A DNA stretch of 64,000 nucleotides from a bacterium (GCA_965199855.1 OZ241326.1:512001-576000); one strand, 5' to 3'; numbered from the stretch's first letter, positions 22,384 through 32,330 are shown. Notes: generated by a model from the sequence alone, not told the origin. Program-made: numbers and translations.

Positions 22384-23649
22384 ATGGAGGTCCTCTCCGT
22401 CGTCGTCATCGGCCTCCTTCTGCTCATGGCGGAGGCGCTGTTCTCTGGCGCGGAGATCGCCATCGTCTCCGCGGATCGCGCCCGCCTGCGCGCCCGCGCC
22501 GAGGCGGGGGACAAGGGCGCGTCGCTCGCCCTTGCGCTGCTGGAGAAGCCCGAGTGGCTCATGGGCACGATTCTCACCTGCCACAACGCGAGCTTCGTGA
22601 CGAACGTCTCCCTGGCCACCATCGCGGCCATCAGCTTCGCCGGCCCCGCCTACGGGGAGGCGCTCTCGGTCGCGCTGGTGATTCCCCTCCTCGTGGTGTT
22701 CGGCGAGGTGGTTCCCAAGGGGTATTGCCAGGAGCGCGCCGACGCGCTCGCCCCCCTGCTGGCGCGCGTCGTCTGGGCGGCGCGGCGGCTGGTGTACCCC
22801 GTCGTCTGGCTCATCAGCGCGCTCATCGGCGCGGTGGCGGGCCTCAGGACGCGCGGCGGCGAGGGCGCGCCCTTCGTGACGAGGCGGGAGCTGGAGTCCC
22901 TGGTGGAGGAGCCGAGCGACGGGGACGTGCAGGCGATGGAGCGGAAAATGATCGGCCGCATCTTCTCGTTCGGCGAACTGGACATGGAGAACGTGCTGGT
23001 GCCCATCGTGGACCTCTCGGCCGTGGACGAGGGCGGCGAGGTGGAGGAGGTGATCCGGAAGATAGAGGACGACGGCCATTCGCGGATTCTGATCTACCGC
23101 GAGAACATGCACCACATCGTGGGCGTCGTTCACGCCAGGGACGTTCTCGGGCTGGGGGCCGAGGCGGCGGGGCGCCTCAGGGAGAAGGAGGGCCTCATCC
23201 GGAGCGTCTATTTCGTGCCGGAGACCAAGCCCGCCGGCGATCTGCTCGACGAGCTGATGAGCCGCAAGGACAAGATGGCCGTGGTGGTGGACGAATACGG
23301 CGCCTGCACCGGCATCGTGACCATGGAGGATCTGGTCGAGGAGATCGTGGGCGACATCGCCGATGAGTATGACGTCGACGAGGCGCCCATGTTCCGCAGG
23401 GCGGGCGAGGGCGACTACCTCATCGACGCCCGCATGGAGGTCGAGGACGCGCGCGAGGCGCTCTCGCTGCCCGTCCCCGAGGGGGACTACGTGACCCTGG
23501 CGGGCTATCTCCTGGAGCGGTTCGAGCGCATTCCGAAGGAGGGCGAGCGCGCCTTCCTGGAGGGGTGGACGCTCATCGTGGAGGCGGCGAGCGAGCGGCG
23601 GATAGAAAGCGTGCGCCTGACGCGCCGCCGCCCGGATGCGTCCGCCTAG
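22384..23649 (+). CDS. Second CNNM/DUF21-CBS-CorC protein
   Basis: [44 protein letters not shown]. Confidence 0.9.
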   Translation: MEVLSVVVIGLLLLMAEALFSGAEIAIVSADRARLRARAEAGDKGASLALALLEKPEWLMGTILTCHNASFVTNVSLATIAAISFAGPAYGEALSVALVIPLLVVFGEVVPKGYCQERADALAPLLARVVWAARRLVYPVVWLISALIGAVAGLRTRGGEGAPFVTRRELESLVEEPSDGDVQAMERKMIGRIFSFGELDMENVLVPIVDLSAVDEGGEVEEVIRKIEDDGHSRILIYRENMHHIVGVVHARDVLGLGAEAAGRLREKEGLIRSVYFVPETKPAGDLLDELMSRKDKMAVVVDEYGACTGIVTMEDLVEEIVGDIADEYDVDEAPMFRRAGEGDYLIDARMEVEDAREALSLPVPEGDYVTLAGYLLERFERIPKEGERAFLEGWTLIVEAASERRIESVRLTRRRPDASA

Positions 23650-24710
23650 AGAGCCTCGGGCGCGTCCACGCCCAGCCAGCCTCCTATCATTCTGAGCGCG
23701 TCCCACTGGGCGGCCTCGTAGGGGACGCCGTTTTTCTCCGCGTCCGCCTTCGCGCGCGCCTCGCGCTCTCCGGGAAGCAGCATCTCCGGCCCGCCGCTGG
23801 CCTTGATGTCCCGCACCGCCTCGGCCAGCCGCCTCTTCGCGTCCTCCGCCGGGTAGAGCGCGTCCAGCCTCCAGGCTTCCATCGTCTGGGTGACGCGCGC
23901 GTCGGGCTTGACGCGCAGGGTCGGGACGCGCTCCGTCGCGCCGCCGCCGATGACGCCGTCCAGGTCCACCAGCACGGCGAGGCCGGAGCCCTTGTAGCCG
24001 AACTGCTCGCCCCCGAGGGGAAGGACGGAGCCCTTGATCAGCTCCTCATACGGGACGCGGCCGGACAGGACCTCTCCTTCTTCGTCGAGGAAGTAATCGG
24101 GCGGAATCGGCTCTCCCGCCCGGCTGGCGCGAATGGCGGGGCTCACCGCGCGCTGGGTGGTCGCCGCGTCGATGACGACCGCCAGATCCCCCCCCGGCGC
24201 CCCCCAGGCGATGGGGTTCGTGCCCAGGCGGATTCTGTCTCCGCCGTAGGGCTTCATCCACGCGCCGGAGGTGCACGTGGCGCGTCCGGCCAGCCCGCGC
24301 TCGATCAGCGCCTCCACGTAGACGCACGCCGCCCCGAAGTGGTTCGCGTTGCGGACGTAGACCTTTCCGACCCCGTATCGCTCGGCCATGTCTCCCGCGA
24401 GGCGGGCCGCGTCCATCGCCGCCGCCGGGCCGATGCCGCCCCGCGCGTCCATGACGGCGACGGCCCAGCCTTCGTTTCGCCTGACGACCGGCTCGGACTT
24501 CGGGTCGATGCCGCCTTTTTGGATGCGCTCGACGAGTTCGCGCAGGCCCGTCCCGCCCGCCACGCCGTGGCTCGATATGCCGCGCAGATCGGCCGCGGCG
24601 AGAACCTCCGCCGTCACCCGGGCGCGCTCCGCGTCGGCTCCGAGGGTCGTGAGAACCTTCGCGGCGAAGCGGACGAGCGCCTCCGCCGGGACGCGCTTCG
24701 CGCCGCTCAC
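23646..24710 (-). CDS. Ldh2 family oxidoreductase (type 2 malate/L-lactate/sulfolactate dehydrogenase family)
   Basis: ADLRGISSHG, NANHFG, LGTNPIAW, PLGG...YKGSGLA, LPGERE; GTG 24710 overlaps upstream stop. Confidence 0.88.
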   Translation of the reverse strand: MSGAKRVPAEALVRFAAKVLTTLGADAERARVTAEVLAAADLRGISSHGVAGGTGLRELVERIQKGGIDPKSEPVVRRNEGWAVAVMDARGGIGPAAAMDAARLAGDMAERYGVGKVYVRNANHFGAACVYVEALIERGLAGRATCTSGAWMKPYGGDRIRLGTNPIAWGAPGGDLAVVIDAATTQRAVSPAIRASRAGEPIPPDYFLDEEGEVLSGRVPYEELIKGSVLPLGGEQFGYKGSGLAVLVDLDGVIGGGATERVPTLRVKPDARVTQTMEAWRLDALYPAEDAKRRLAEAVRDIKASGGPEMLLPGEREARAKADAEKNGVPYEAAQWDALRMIGGWLGVDAPEAL

Positions 24711-25444
24711 GCCCGTGAATTCCCGTCGGGCGGGGAAGGCCGGGCTTCGCCGAGCGGAAAGCGGACGGCGAACGACGCGCCGCCCTCGGGAGGGGCGGCG
24801 ACCTCCAGGCTTCCGTTCAGCAGAAGGGCGGTGCGGTAGCTCCGGTAGAGGCCGATGCCGATTCCCCGGAGCGCTCCCGGACGCTCGACGGCCTCCGCCA
24901 TCCACTCGATGAACGACCCGAAGCGCGGGGAGGGGAGTTCGGCGCCGCGGTTGCAGGCGGACAGGAGAACGCCCCCGTTCTCCCTCCTGAGAAGCGCGTG
25001 GATGATGCCGCCCCCGGGCGCGGCCTGAATGGCCGCGTCCAGCAGGTCGTCGATGAGAAAGGCGAGCCGCGCGCGGTCGCCGCGCGCTTCGAGGCGCGCG
25101 GGCGTCTCGGGCAGGAACCGGAAGGCCGGAAATCGCCACAGCCGCCTGCCGATGCGCTCGCTGAACAGATGCGCGAGGTCGATTTCCTCGTCCTTCAGGC
25201 GGACGCGCCGCGCCTCGATGTCGGCGGCGTCCGAGAGCGTCTCGATGAGGCGGCTCAGGCCGTGGATGCTCCCGGAGAGGTCCTGAATCTCCTCGCGCGC
25301 CTTCCAGGGGTCCGACTCCTCGGCGAGGGCGAGGAGCCTGCCCTTGAGCCGCGAGACGGGGGCTTCGAGTTCGCGCGTGGCGAGGCGCAGGAACAGGGCC
25401 GCGGAGTGCTCGTCCGGCGATCGCCTCGCTTCGCTCTCGCTCAT
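24707..25444 (-). CDS. Histidine-kinase-like core (DHp + HATPase_c) with degenerate catalytic motifs
   Basis: RELEAP in place of HE.RTP, LSRLIETLSD..IEA, RGDRARL, GIGIGL G2 box, GGASFAVRFP; ATG 25444 overlaps upstream stop. Confidence 0.7.
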   Translation of the reverse strand: MSESEARRSPDEHSAALFLRLATRELEAPVSRLKGRLLALAEESDPWKAREEIQDLSGSIHGLSRLIETLSDAADIEARRVRLKDEEIDLAHLFSERIGRRLWRFPAFRFLPETPARLEARGDRARLAFLIDDLLDAAIQAAPGGGIIHALLRRENGGVLLSACNRGAELPSPRFGSFIEWMAEAVERPGALRGIGIGLYRSYRTALLLNGSLEVAAPPEGGASFAVRFPLGEARPSPPDGNSRA

Positions 25445-25904
25445 GCGGTTTCCCGGCTTTCGGGACGAGGCGATTGCCCGAGCGCGGCGACCGAGTCCAG
25501 GATGAATTCCGCCGTTCCGCTCGTCATCGGGCGCAAGCGCCCTATCTCGTCCAGCGGAAGCCACCTCGCCTCCGAGACGTCGCTCGCCGCCCGGAGGACG
25601 CCGCCCGTCGGGCGGCACACGAAATCGACGAGCACGTAGTGAAACCGCACGCGCTCCATTCGTCCCGGGTGACGCGGTTCAGAACCCGGCCCTCGGAGAC
25701 GATCTCCACGTCGAGGCCCGTCTCCTCCTTCACCTCGCGCGCGCAGGCGCGCTCCAGGTCTTCGCCCAGATCGACGCCGCCCCCCGGGATGCTCCACGCG
25801 CCCGTTTTCGGAGGCCGTCCCCGGCGGACGACAAGGACGTTTTCGCCTTCCAGGACGATTGCGCCCACGCCCACGACGGGGCGAAGCGGATATTCCCGGC
25901 CCAA
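25441..25904 (-). pseudogene. NUDIX hydrolase (ADP-ribose pyrophosphatase-like), split by a frameshift near 25657-25660
   Basis: 5' frame has Nudix box GGGVDLGEDLERACAREVKEETGL ending ...VTRDE; adjacent frame continues ERVRFHYVLVDFVC...AASDVSEARW; may be an assembly indel. Confidence 0.8.
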
Positions 25905-26057
25905 GCTTCCGGCTCCTCGATCGAAAACGAGAGAAAGCGCATCGGCGCCTCGAATCGCGGCGGCGTCTCCCTGGTTCCGGTCTTCAGGATAGCACGTTTC
26001 GCGCTCCGCCGCCTGAGCGAAGCCGCGCGAGACGGCGGGCGCGCCGCGCCTCCCTCA

Positions 26058-26087
26058 TTGACACGGCCGCGGCGCGCGCCGTAGTAT
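26058..26087 (+). promoter_or_regulatory. Sigma70-type promoter upstream of EamA gene with long leader
   Basis: TTGACA-18 bp-TAGTAT. Confidence 0.55.
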
Positions 26088-26275
26088 TTTTTCGCTTTCA
26101 GCCTTAGTCTTTCGGGCTTCGCCGGGAGTGGGAAGCGGCCGGCGTTCGGGGTTCTCCGTCGGCGGGGCGCTGGGGGGAGCCCGCGCCATCTCGCAGGGGC
26201 CTCTCTGAACCGGGGGTGCTTTCTTCGGCCGGGTCGCGCGCGGCGAGCGGGAGCCTCCGCGCCGGGGAGCCGCGT

Positions 26276-27118
26276 ATGCCGCCTGAAGTCGTCTTCGCGC
26301 TCCTCGCCCTTTGCTTTCTCGGCGTCAACGATTTTCTCTACAAATGGGGCCAGCGGTGGGAGCTGCGCGGCGGCCCCTTCATGCTTCTCCAGAACATGGC
26401 GTATCTGCCCAACGCCTTCGGGCTGGCCTGGCATCGCGGCGAGCTGCTCTGGAGCCCCGGCCTCGCCTTCGGCTTCCTCAACGGGATTCTGGCTTTCACC
26501 GCGTTTTTGTTCGTCCTGCTCGCCCTGCGGCGGGGCGAGGCGGTGGCGCTCGTGCCGATCGTCCGCCTGAACTTCGCGGTGACGGCCGCGCTCACGATTT
26601 TCTTCCTGGGCGAGAGCGTCAACCTCCTCAAGGGCCTCGGTCTGGCGCTCGCCGCCCTCGCCGTGCTGGCGGGCGGCAGCGGCGTGACGGCCTCCATGGG
26701 GGAGAAGCGCTCCGTCGGCCTGGCGCTCGCCGCCATGTGCATGTTCGGCGTCATCGGGCTTTTCTACAAACTGGGGCTGGGGATGGGCGCGAAGCCCGCC
26801 ATGCTGACGGCGGCGCAAAGCGTGGGCGTCTTCTGCATGGCCGTCCCCTACGCCCTCATTCAGAGGGACCCGCTGCCCAGGAGCGGCGTTCCGCTCTGGC
26901 TGCCGTTCGTCTGCGGCGCGCTCACCTCGTCGAGCTACGTGGCCATCGCCGTGGGGTTCACCTACGGGGAGGCGGTCGTCGTGGCGCCCATCGCGCAGCT
27001 CAGCTTCCTGCTGACCGGGCTGCTCGCCGTCGTCTTCCTGAGAGAGAGGCTGACCTTGAGAAAAGGGGTGGGGGTCGCGTTCGCGGCGGCCTCCGTCGTT
27101 CTGTTCTCCCGCGGGTGA
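26276..27118 (+). CDS. EamA/DMT family transporter
   Basis: About 10 hydrophobic segments in two repeats, each ending P....L...FL(G/R)E. Confidence 0.85.
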   Translation: MPPEVVFALLALCFLGVNDFLYKWGQRWELRGGPFMLLQNMAYLPNAFGLAWHRGELLWSPGLAFGFLNGILAFTAFLFVLLALRRGEAVALVPIVRLNFAVTAALTIFFLGESVNLLKGLGLALAALAVLAGGSGVTASMGEKRSVGLALAAMCMFGVIGLFYKLGLGMGAKPAMLTAAQSVGVFCMAVPYALIQRDPLPRSGVPLWLPFVCGALTSSSYVAIAVGFTYGEAVVVAPIAQLSFLLTGLLAVVFLRERLTLRKGVGVAFAAASVVLFSRG

Positions 27119-27396
27119 GAGTTCAGTCCGCGCCCTCGCTTTCCAGACGCCCGACCTCGCCTCCGCCAGGGTGCCGAACCCGGCTTTCCCCTATCAGGGC
27201 GCTCCCCGGCGGCTCTGCCTCTCGATGGCGGGCGTCCGCCGCCGCGCATGATGCTCCTGCTGAGAATCTTCATGGCGGAAGCCGGCGCATCGGTAGTAGT
27301 ATGGCGAGCGTCAGTGGCCGCGGCGGATGAATCGAAAGGGAAGGCGGGGGAGGCCCACGCGCCGCGCGGGCGGCCCCCGGCGGGGAGGAGGCGCGC

Positions 27397-27939
27397 TTGA
27401 AGCGGATATGCGTTTTCGCGGGCTCGTCGCAGGGGGTTCGGCCCGAGTATCGCGAGGCGGCCCGCGCCCTGGGGCGCGCCCTGGGCTCGCGGGGGGTCGG
27501 CGTGGTGTACGGCGCGGGCGGGGTGGGACTCATGGGCGTTCTCGCCGACGCCGTGCTCGAGAGCGGAGGCGAGATCACCGGCGTGATTCCCGAGAGGCTG
27601 ATGGACATGGAAGTCGCCCACCGGGGCATCACCCGCCTCCGCGTCGTCCGCACGATGCACGAGAGGAAGGCGCTCATGGCGGAGCTCTCCGACGGCTTCA
27701 TCACGCTGCCGGGCGGCCTCGGCACGCTGGAGGAGACGATGGAGATGATCACCTGGCGCCAGCTCGGCTATCACGACAAGCCCGTCGGCCTGCTCAACGT
27801 CGGCGGCTACTACGATCCCCTGCTGGCGTTTTTGCGCTCCATGGGCGAGGAGGGCTTCATCCGGGAGGAGAACCTGAGCCTGTTCTCGGTGCGCGACGCG
27901 CCGGAGGCGCTGCTCGAATGGATGCTTGCTCCCGGGTGA
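27397..27939 (+). CDS. LOG family phosphoribohydrolase (TIGR00730-like)
   Basis: ICVFAGSS, VYGAGGVGLMG, MHERKALM, LPGGLGTLEE, KPVGLLN. Confidence 0.92.
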   Translation: MKRICVFAGSSQGVRPEYREAARALGRALGSRGVGVVYGAGGVGLMGVLADAVLESGGEITGVIPERLMDMEVAHRGITRLRVVRTMHERKALMAELSDGFITLPGGLGTLEETMEMITWRQLGYHDKPVGLLNVGGYYDPLLAFLRSMGEEGFIREENLSLFSVRDAPEALLEWMLAPG

Positions 27940-28503
27940 GCGCGGCGCGGCGGCCCGCGCCCTCGTCCGGCGGGACTCTCGCCTCGAGGCCCCGCGCCTT
28001 CTCGCGCGCCTGGATGGTCTTGAGGCGGGCGAACCTCTCCCGCGCCGCGCGGCGGAAGGTCCGCTCCGGGCAGTCGTGAAAAACGCCCTCCCGCCTCGCC
28101 CGCGTCATGGAGGGATTTCGGCCTCGGCGGGCTCTCCCCGAACGGGGTTTTCCCCCGGACCTGGAGGAGCCACCCGCAATTCGCGCATCCCGCGCGGCTC
28201 GCTTGTCCGCGCATCGACCGCAGGCACCGGCTTTTGCAGGGCCGCCTCGCGTCGAGCCGCTCCGGGGCGAGGCCCTCCGCCTCCCGGGCGGACATGCCGG
28301 GCAAAAGGGCGTATTCGGGAAGCGTTTCCGCGGCGCGCCCGGTGCCGCTCCGCGGTATTCTCGCCCTTCTTACGCGGCGCCGGGGGGCGGAGCGCGGCGC
28401 GCGCGGCCCGATTCCGCGAGGGCGGCCCGATTCCAGGCGGGGGCTTCCCGTGCCATAATGCGCCCTCGCCGGCTCGCTCAGCCCTCGCTCCCCTGGATGC
28501 CCC

Positions 28504-29388
28504 TTGCTCGAATCCCTGCCCCCGGTTCTGCTGTCGCTTCTCTCCGGCGTTTTTCTGGCCGCGGCGCAGACCGTCTATCGCGGCGCCCTTCAGTGGACGG
28601 GGCCGAAGGCGCTCGCCTTCCTGAGCAACCTGACGCTGGCGGCCTACGCCTCGGCCATCTACGCGGCGGGGGCGGGCCTCGAGGCGTGGCCCGCGGCGGG
28701 GATTTTCTGGTTCGCCATGGCGGGGCTTTGCTCCCATTTTCTGGCGCGAAACCTGAACTTCATCTCGGCCGCGCTCATCGGAATGGCGCGCTCGCAGATC
28801 CTGATGCAAATCCACCCCATCTGGAGCGCGCTGCTGGCCGTCCTCCTGCTCGGCGAGACGATCACCGCGCCCGTCGCCCTCGGCACCTGCGCCATCGTCC
28901 TGGGCGCGATCCTGCTGGTGCGGGAGAGGGGCGCCGGGGGCGCGCGCCCCCCGCTCTGGCATTACCTCACCCCGGTTCTGGCGGCTTTCTTCTTCTCCTT
29001 CGCCCCGCCCCTGCGCAAAATCGCGTTTCAGACGATCCCCTCGCCCGCGCTGGGCATCGCGATAGCGACAATCACGGGCGCGCTGCTTCAGCTGGGCTCC
29101 GCGCCGTTCGTCAGGCGCCATGAGCTCGACCCCCGCGGCTGGAGCAGAAAGAGCCTGTGGCCGATTCTCGGCGGCGGGGCTTTCAACGTCATGTCCGGAT
29201 ACGCCTTCTGGCTCGCCATCAAGAACGGAAGGCTCGTGGAGGTGATACCGGTGAACAGGCTCTCCATCCTGTTTCTGATATTGTTCTCCTGGCTTTTTTA
29301 TCAAAAACTGGAGCGCGTCAATTCGCGCGTCGTCGCCGGGGGCGCGCTCGCCGTGGCGGGCGCCGCGGCCATCGTCCTGGACAGATGA
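28504..29388 (+). CDS. EamA/DMT family transporter
   Basis: Multiple TM helices; HPIWSALLAVLLLGE repeat signature. Confidence 0.85.
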   Translation: MLESLPPVLLSLLSGVFLAAAQTVYRGALQWTGPKALAFLSNLTLAAYASAIYAAGAGLEAWPAAGIFWFAMAGLCSHFLARNLNFISAALIGMARSQILMQIHPIWSALLAVLLLGETITAPVALGTCAIVLGAILLVRERGAGGARPPLWHYLTPVLAAFFFSFAPPLRKIAFQTIPSPALGIAIATITGALLQLGSAPFVRRHELDPRGWSRKSLWPILGGGAFNVMSGYAFWLAIKNGRLVEVIPVNRLSILFLILFSWLFYQKLERVNSRVVAGGALAVAGAAAIVLDR

Positions 29389-29476
29389 GCGCCCCGCCGC
29401 CCCTTGCGCCGCTCGTCCCTCGGACGCCTCCGGCGGCCGGCGCGGGGGCTTTCCCGATGATTCCGGGGGCGTCGAT

Positions 29477-30358
29477 ATGGTGAGCCTCGCGGCGGAGGCG
29501 CCGCCGGAGTTTCGCGCGCTGCTGGGCGCGTTCCTCTTCGCCTGCAACCAGATTCTCGTCCGCAGGCTCCTCGAGCGCGCCTCGGCGCTCACGATCATCT
29601 TCTGGGTCAACGGGTGGATGGCGGCGCTCGCCGCCGTTTTCTCGCCCCTGTCGGATCGCTACGAGGGCGACTGGGCGGCCGCGCTCTTCTACTACGCGCT
29701 CATCGGCGCGCTGGGGAATCTCGTGGCGCGCTACTGCGCGCTTCGCTCGAGCGGGGCCGTCGGGGTGAGCCGGACGAACGCGGTCGCGGCGGCGTCTCCC
29801 ATCGGGGCGGCGCTGATGGGCGTGATGATTCTGGGCGAGTGCCCGGGCGCGGGCGTCTGGGCGGGAATCGCGCTCATCGTGGTCGGGCTGGTCTGGCTCA
29901 CCGGCGAGCGGGGCAGGGGCGGCTATCCCCTCGGGCGCTACGCCTTCGCCTTCATCGGGCTGGCGGCGTTCTGCTTCACGCCCTGGCTCCGGAAGGCGGG
30001 CCTCGCCGCCATGGACGCTCCCTGGCTGGGCATTCTCGCGTCCACGCTCGTCGCCGACGCGGGGCTGCTGGCCTCCTCGCGCTTCGCCTCGAAGCCCGAG
30101 AAATTCCAGCCGGACTGGAGAATCGCGATGGCGTGCGCCCCGGCCGGCCTGCTGGCGCTCGCCTCCGCCGCGCTCTTCTGGACGTCGCTGCGCGACGGGC
30201 AGCTCGCGGTGATCGCCCCGCTGATTCGCATGACGCCGATTTTCATCGTCCTGCTCTCGGCCGCGCTGCTGCGCGACCTGGAAGTCGTCACGAAGCGCCT
30301 CGCGGCGGCGACGCTCGTCGTCGCGGCCGGCGCCGCCCTGGTGACGTCGGGCGGGTGA
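29477..30358 (+). CDS. EamA/DMT family transporter
   Basis: Multiple TM helices; SPIGAALMGVMILGE; APLIRMTPIFIVLLSA.LLRDLE. Confidence 0.85.
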   Translation: MVSLAAEAPPEFRALLGAFLFACNQILVRRLLERASALTIIFWVNGWMAALAAVFSPLSDRYEGDWAAALFYYALIGALGNLVARYCALRSSGAVGVSRTNAVAAASPIGAALMGVMILGECPGAGVWAGIALIVVGLVWLTGERGRGGYPLGRYAFAFIGLAAFCFTPWLRKAGLAAMDAPWLGILASTLVADAGLLASSRFASKPEKFQPDWRIAMACAPAGLLALASAALFWTSLRDGQLAVIAPLIRMTPIFIVLLSAALLRDLEVVTKRLAAATLVVAAGAALVTSGG

Positions 30359-30386
30359 CGCGCGCGCCCGCGCCGCGGGTTCTCGT

Positions 30387-30416
30387 TTGACCCGGAGCGC
30401 CTCTCTTTGAGAGAAT
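30387..30416 (+). promoter_or_regulatory. Candidate promoter for the AOR/WOR operon
   Basis: TTGACC-18 bp-GAGAAT with TG before the -10. Confidence 0.35.
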
Positions 30417-30508
30417 GGCCGCCGCTCATTCTTCAAAGACGCGCTTTCCGCGCTCGCGCTCCCCGGGTCGGGGCGCGGGAGGCCCTTCCGCAGGATCGTG
30501 GGGGTCCG

Positions 30509-30988
30509 ATGAAGATACTCAAGATCATTCCCGAAAGATGCACCGGCTGCATGAGGTGCGAGCTCGCCTGCTCCTACGAGCAGACGGGGACGTTCCAGCC
30601 CTCGAAGGCGGTGATTCGCGTCTCCGCGTTCGAGGGCCACACGAGCTACGCCCCCTACACGTGCCCCCAGTGCGACGAGGCCTGGTGCCTGACGGCGTGC
30701 CCGGTCGAGGCCATCGGCATCTCGCCCGCCGGGGCGAAGGACGTGGCGGACGACGTTTGCGTGGGCTGCAAGCTGTGCGCCATCGCCTGCCCCTACGGGA
30801 CGATGTTCTACGACGTCGACGCCCGCAAGGCGTTCAAGTGCGACCTGTGCGGGGGGAATCCCGCCTGCGTCTCCGTGTGCCCCACCGACGCCATCCTCTA
30901 CGAGGAGGCCGCGAAGACCGACTGGGTCGGGCCCTTCGCCGCGGAGCGGGCGAAGTCGCCCGCCGGCCCGCTCGCGGAGGCGATCTGA
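30509..30988 (+). CDS. 4x[4Fe-4S] ferredoxin-like electron-transfer subunit (AorA-like)
   Basis: CTGCMRCELAC, CPQCDEAWCLTACP, CVGCKLCAIACP, KCDLCGGNPACVSVCP. Confidence 0.9.
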   Translation: MKILKIIPERCTGCMRCELACSYEQTGTFQPSKAVIRVSAFEGHTSYAPYTCPQCDEAWCLTACPVEAIGISPAGAKDVADDVCVGCKLCAIACPYGTMFYDVDARKAFKCDLCGGNPACVSVCPTDAILYEEAAKTDWVGPFAAERAKSPAGPLAEAI

Positions 30989-30989
30989 C

Positions 30990-32312
30990 ATGGCCAGACA
31001 CGTCATCGTGGGCGGGGGAACCGCCGGCTGGAACGCCATCACCACCCTCCGGGAGCTGGACGGAGGCGATTCCGAAATCGTCCTCGTCGCGGACGAGACG
31101 CCCTATTCGCGGATGGTGCTGCCCTACTACCTGTCGCGCGGCATCGCCGAGTCCCACGTCTATACCGCGCCGCCCGCCCGGCTCGCGGCGCTGAACGTGG
31201 AGGCGAGGCTCGGGGCGCGCGCCGAGCGCATCGACGCGGCCGCGAACAGGCTCCTCCTCGCGGGCGGCGACGAGATTGAATACGACAACCTCCTGCTCGC
31301 CACGGGCTCCTCCCCGGTGAAGGCGCCCGTGCCTGGCGCCGAGGGCGAGAGGGTGCACAGCTTCTGGACGCTGCCCCAGGCGCGCGCGGTGGCCTCCGGC
31401 GCGCGCGAGGGCGCCCGCGTGGCGATGATCGGGGCGGGGTTCATCGCCTTCACGATTCTGAACTCCTTGGTGGGCCGGGGGGTGAAGCTCACCGTGGTGG
31501 AGCTCGAATCGCGCATCCTGCCCCGGATGATAGACGACGCGGGCGCGCGAATCGTCCAGGACTGGCTCGCCCGGCGCGGCGTGGAGGCGCGAACCTCCGC
31601 CCGGGTGGCCTCCATCGAGGACGCGGGCGGCGCGAAGCTCCTCAAGTTCAGGGACGGCGCGGAGCTCGAGGTCGATATGGTCGTCATGGCCACCGGAATC
31701 AGACCCAACGTCGACCTGGCGGCGGCGGCCGGCCTCGAGGTGAACCAGGGCGTCGTGGTGGACGATCGTTGCCGCTCGAGCGTGAAGAACATCTACGCGG
31801 CGGGCGACGTCGCGGAAGGCCCCGACGCCGTGACGGGCGAGCGCGCCGTGCACGCCATCGAACCCACCGCCGTGCAGCACGGCCGCGTGGCGGCGGCGAA
31901 CATGGCGGGCCGCGACGCCGCGTACAAGGGCAGCCTGCTGATGAACATCGTGGACGTTCTGGACCTCGAAATCGCCAGCTTCGGCCGCTGGGACGACGCG
32001 GACGCCGAGGTCTGCGAGGCCGTCCAGGCGGATCGCCCCGCCTACAGGAAGCTCCTGTTCCGCGGCGGGAGGCTGACCGGCGCCATCATCCTGGGGAAGG
32101 CCCGGGAAATCTGGGCGACGAACGACGTGGGGATGCTCAAGGGCCTCGTCCACGCGGGGACGGACGTCTCCGCGTGGAAGGCGCATTTGCGGAAAAACCC
32201 ATTCGACGTGAAGCGCGCGTTTCTGGCCTCGGGGGCGGCGGGCGGCCTGCTGCCCGAGACCGTGCTGGGGCGTCCGTCCGCTCCGGCGCGCGAAATCAGC
32301 GTCTCTTCCTGA
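30990..32312 (+). CDS. FAD/NAD(P)-dependent oxidoreductase (AorC/NirB-like)
   Basis: IVGGGTAG, LLLATGS, IGAGFI, ATGIRPN, IYAAGDVAE. Confidence 0.9.
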   Translation: MARHVIVGGGTAGWNAITTLRELDGGDSEIVLVADETPYSRMVLPYYLSRGIAESHVYTAPPARLAALNVEARLGARAERIDAAANRLLLAGGDEIEYDNLLLATGSSPVKAPVPGAEGERVHSFWTLPQARAVASGAREGARVAMIGAGFIAFTILNSLVGRGVKLTVVELESRILPRMIDDAGARIVQDWLARRGVEARTSARVASIEDAGGAKLLKFRDGAELEVDMVVMATGIRPNVDLAAAAGLEVNQGVVVDDRCRSSVKNIYAAGDVAEGPDAVTGERAVHAIEPTAVQHGRVAAANMAGRDAAYKGSLLMNIVDVLDLEIASFGRWDDADAEVCEAVQADRPAYRKLLFRGGRLTGAIILGKAREIWATNDVGMLKGLVHAGTDVSAWKAHLRKNPFDVKRAFLASGAAGGLLPETVLGRPSAPAREISVSS

Positions 32313-32330
32313 GCGAGGGGGGTCGATTCC

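Noticed and set aside
27224-27260. Partial resemblance to a fluoride riboswitch (GGCG..CGCC...ATGATGCTCCTGC)
   Set aside because: Lacks the GAUG after P1 and a proper pseudoknot partner; downstream LOG gene is not fluoride-related
27857-28108. 83-aa minus-strand ORF between LOG and EamA
   Set aside because: Overlaps the LOG 3' end, has no clear SD or motif; possibly a remnant but unsupported
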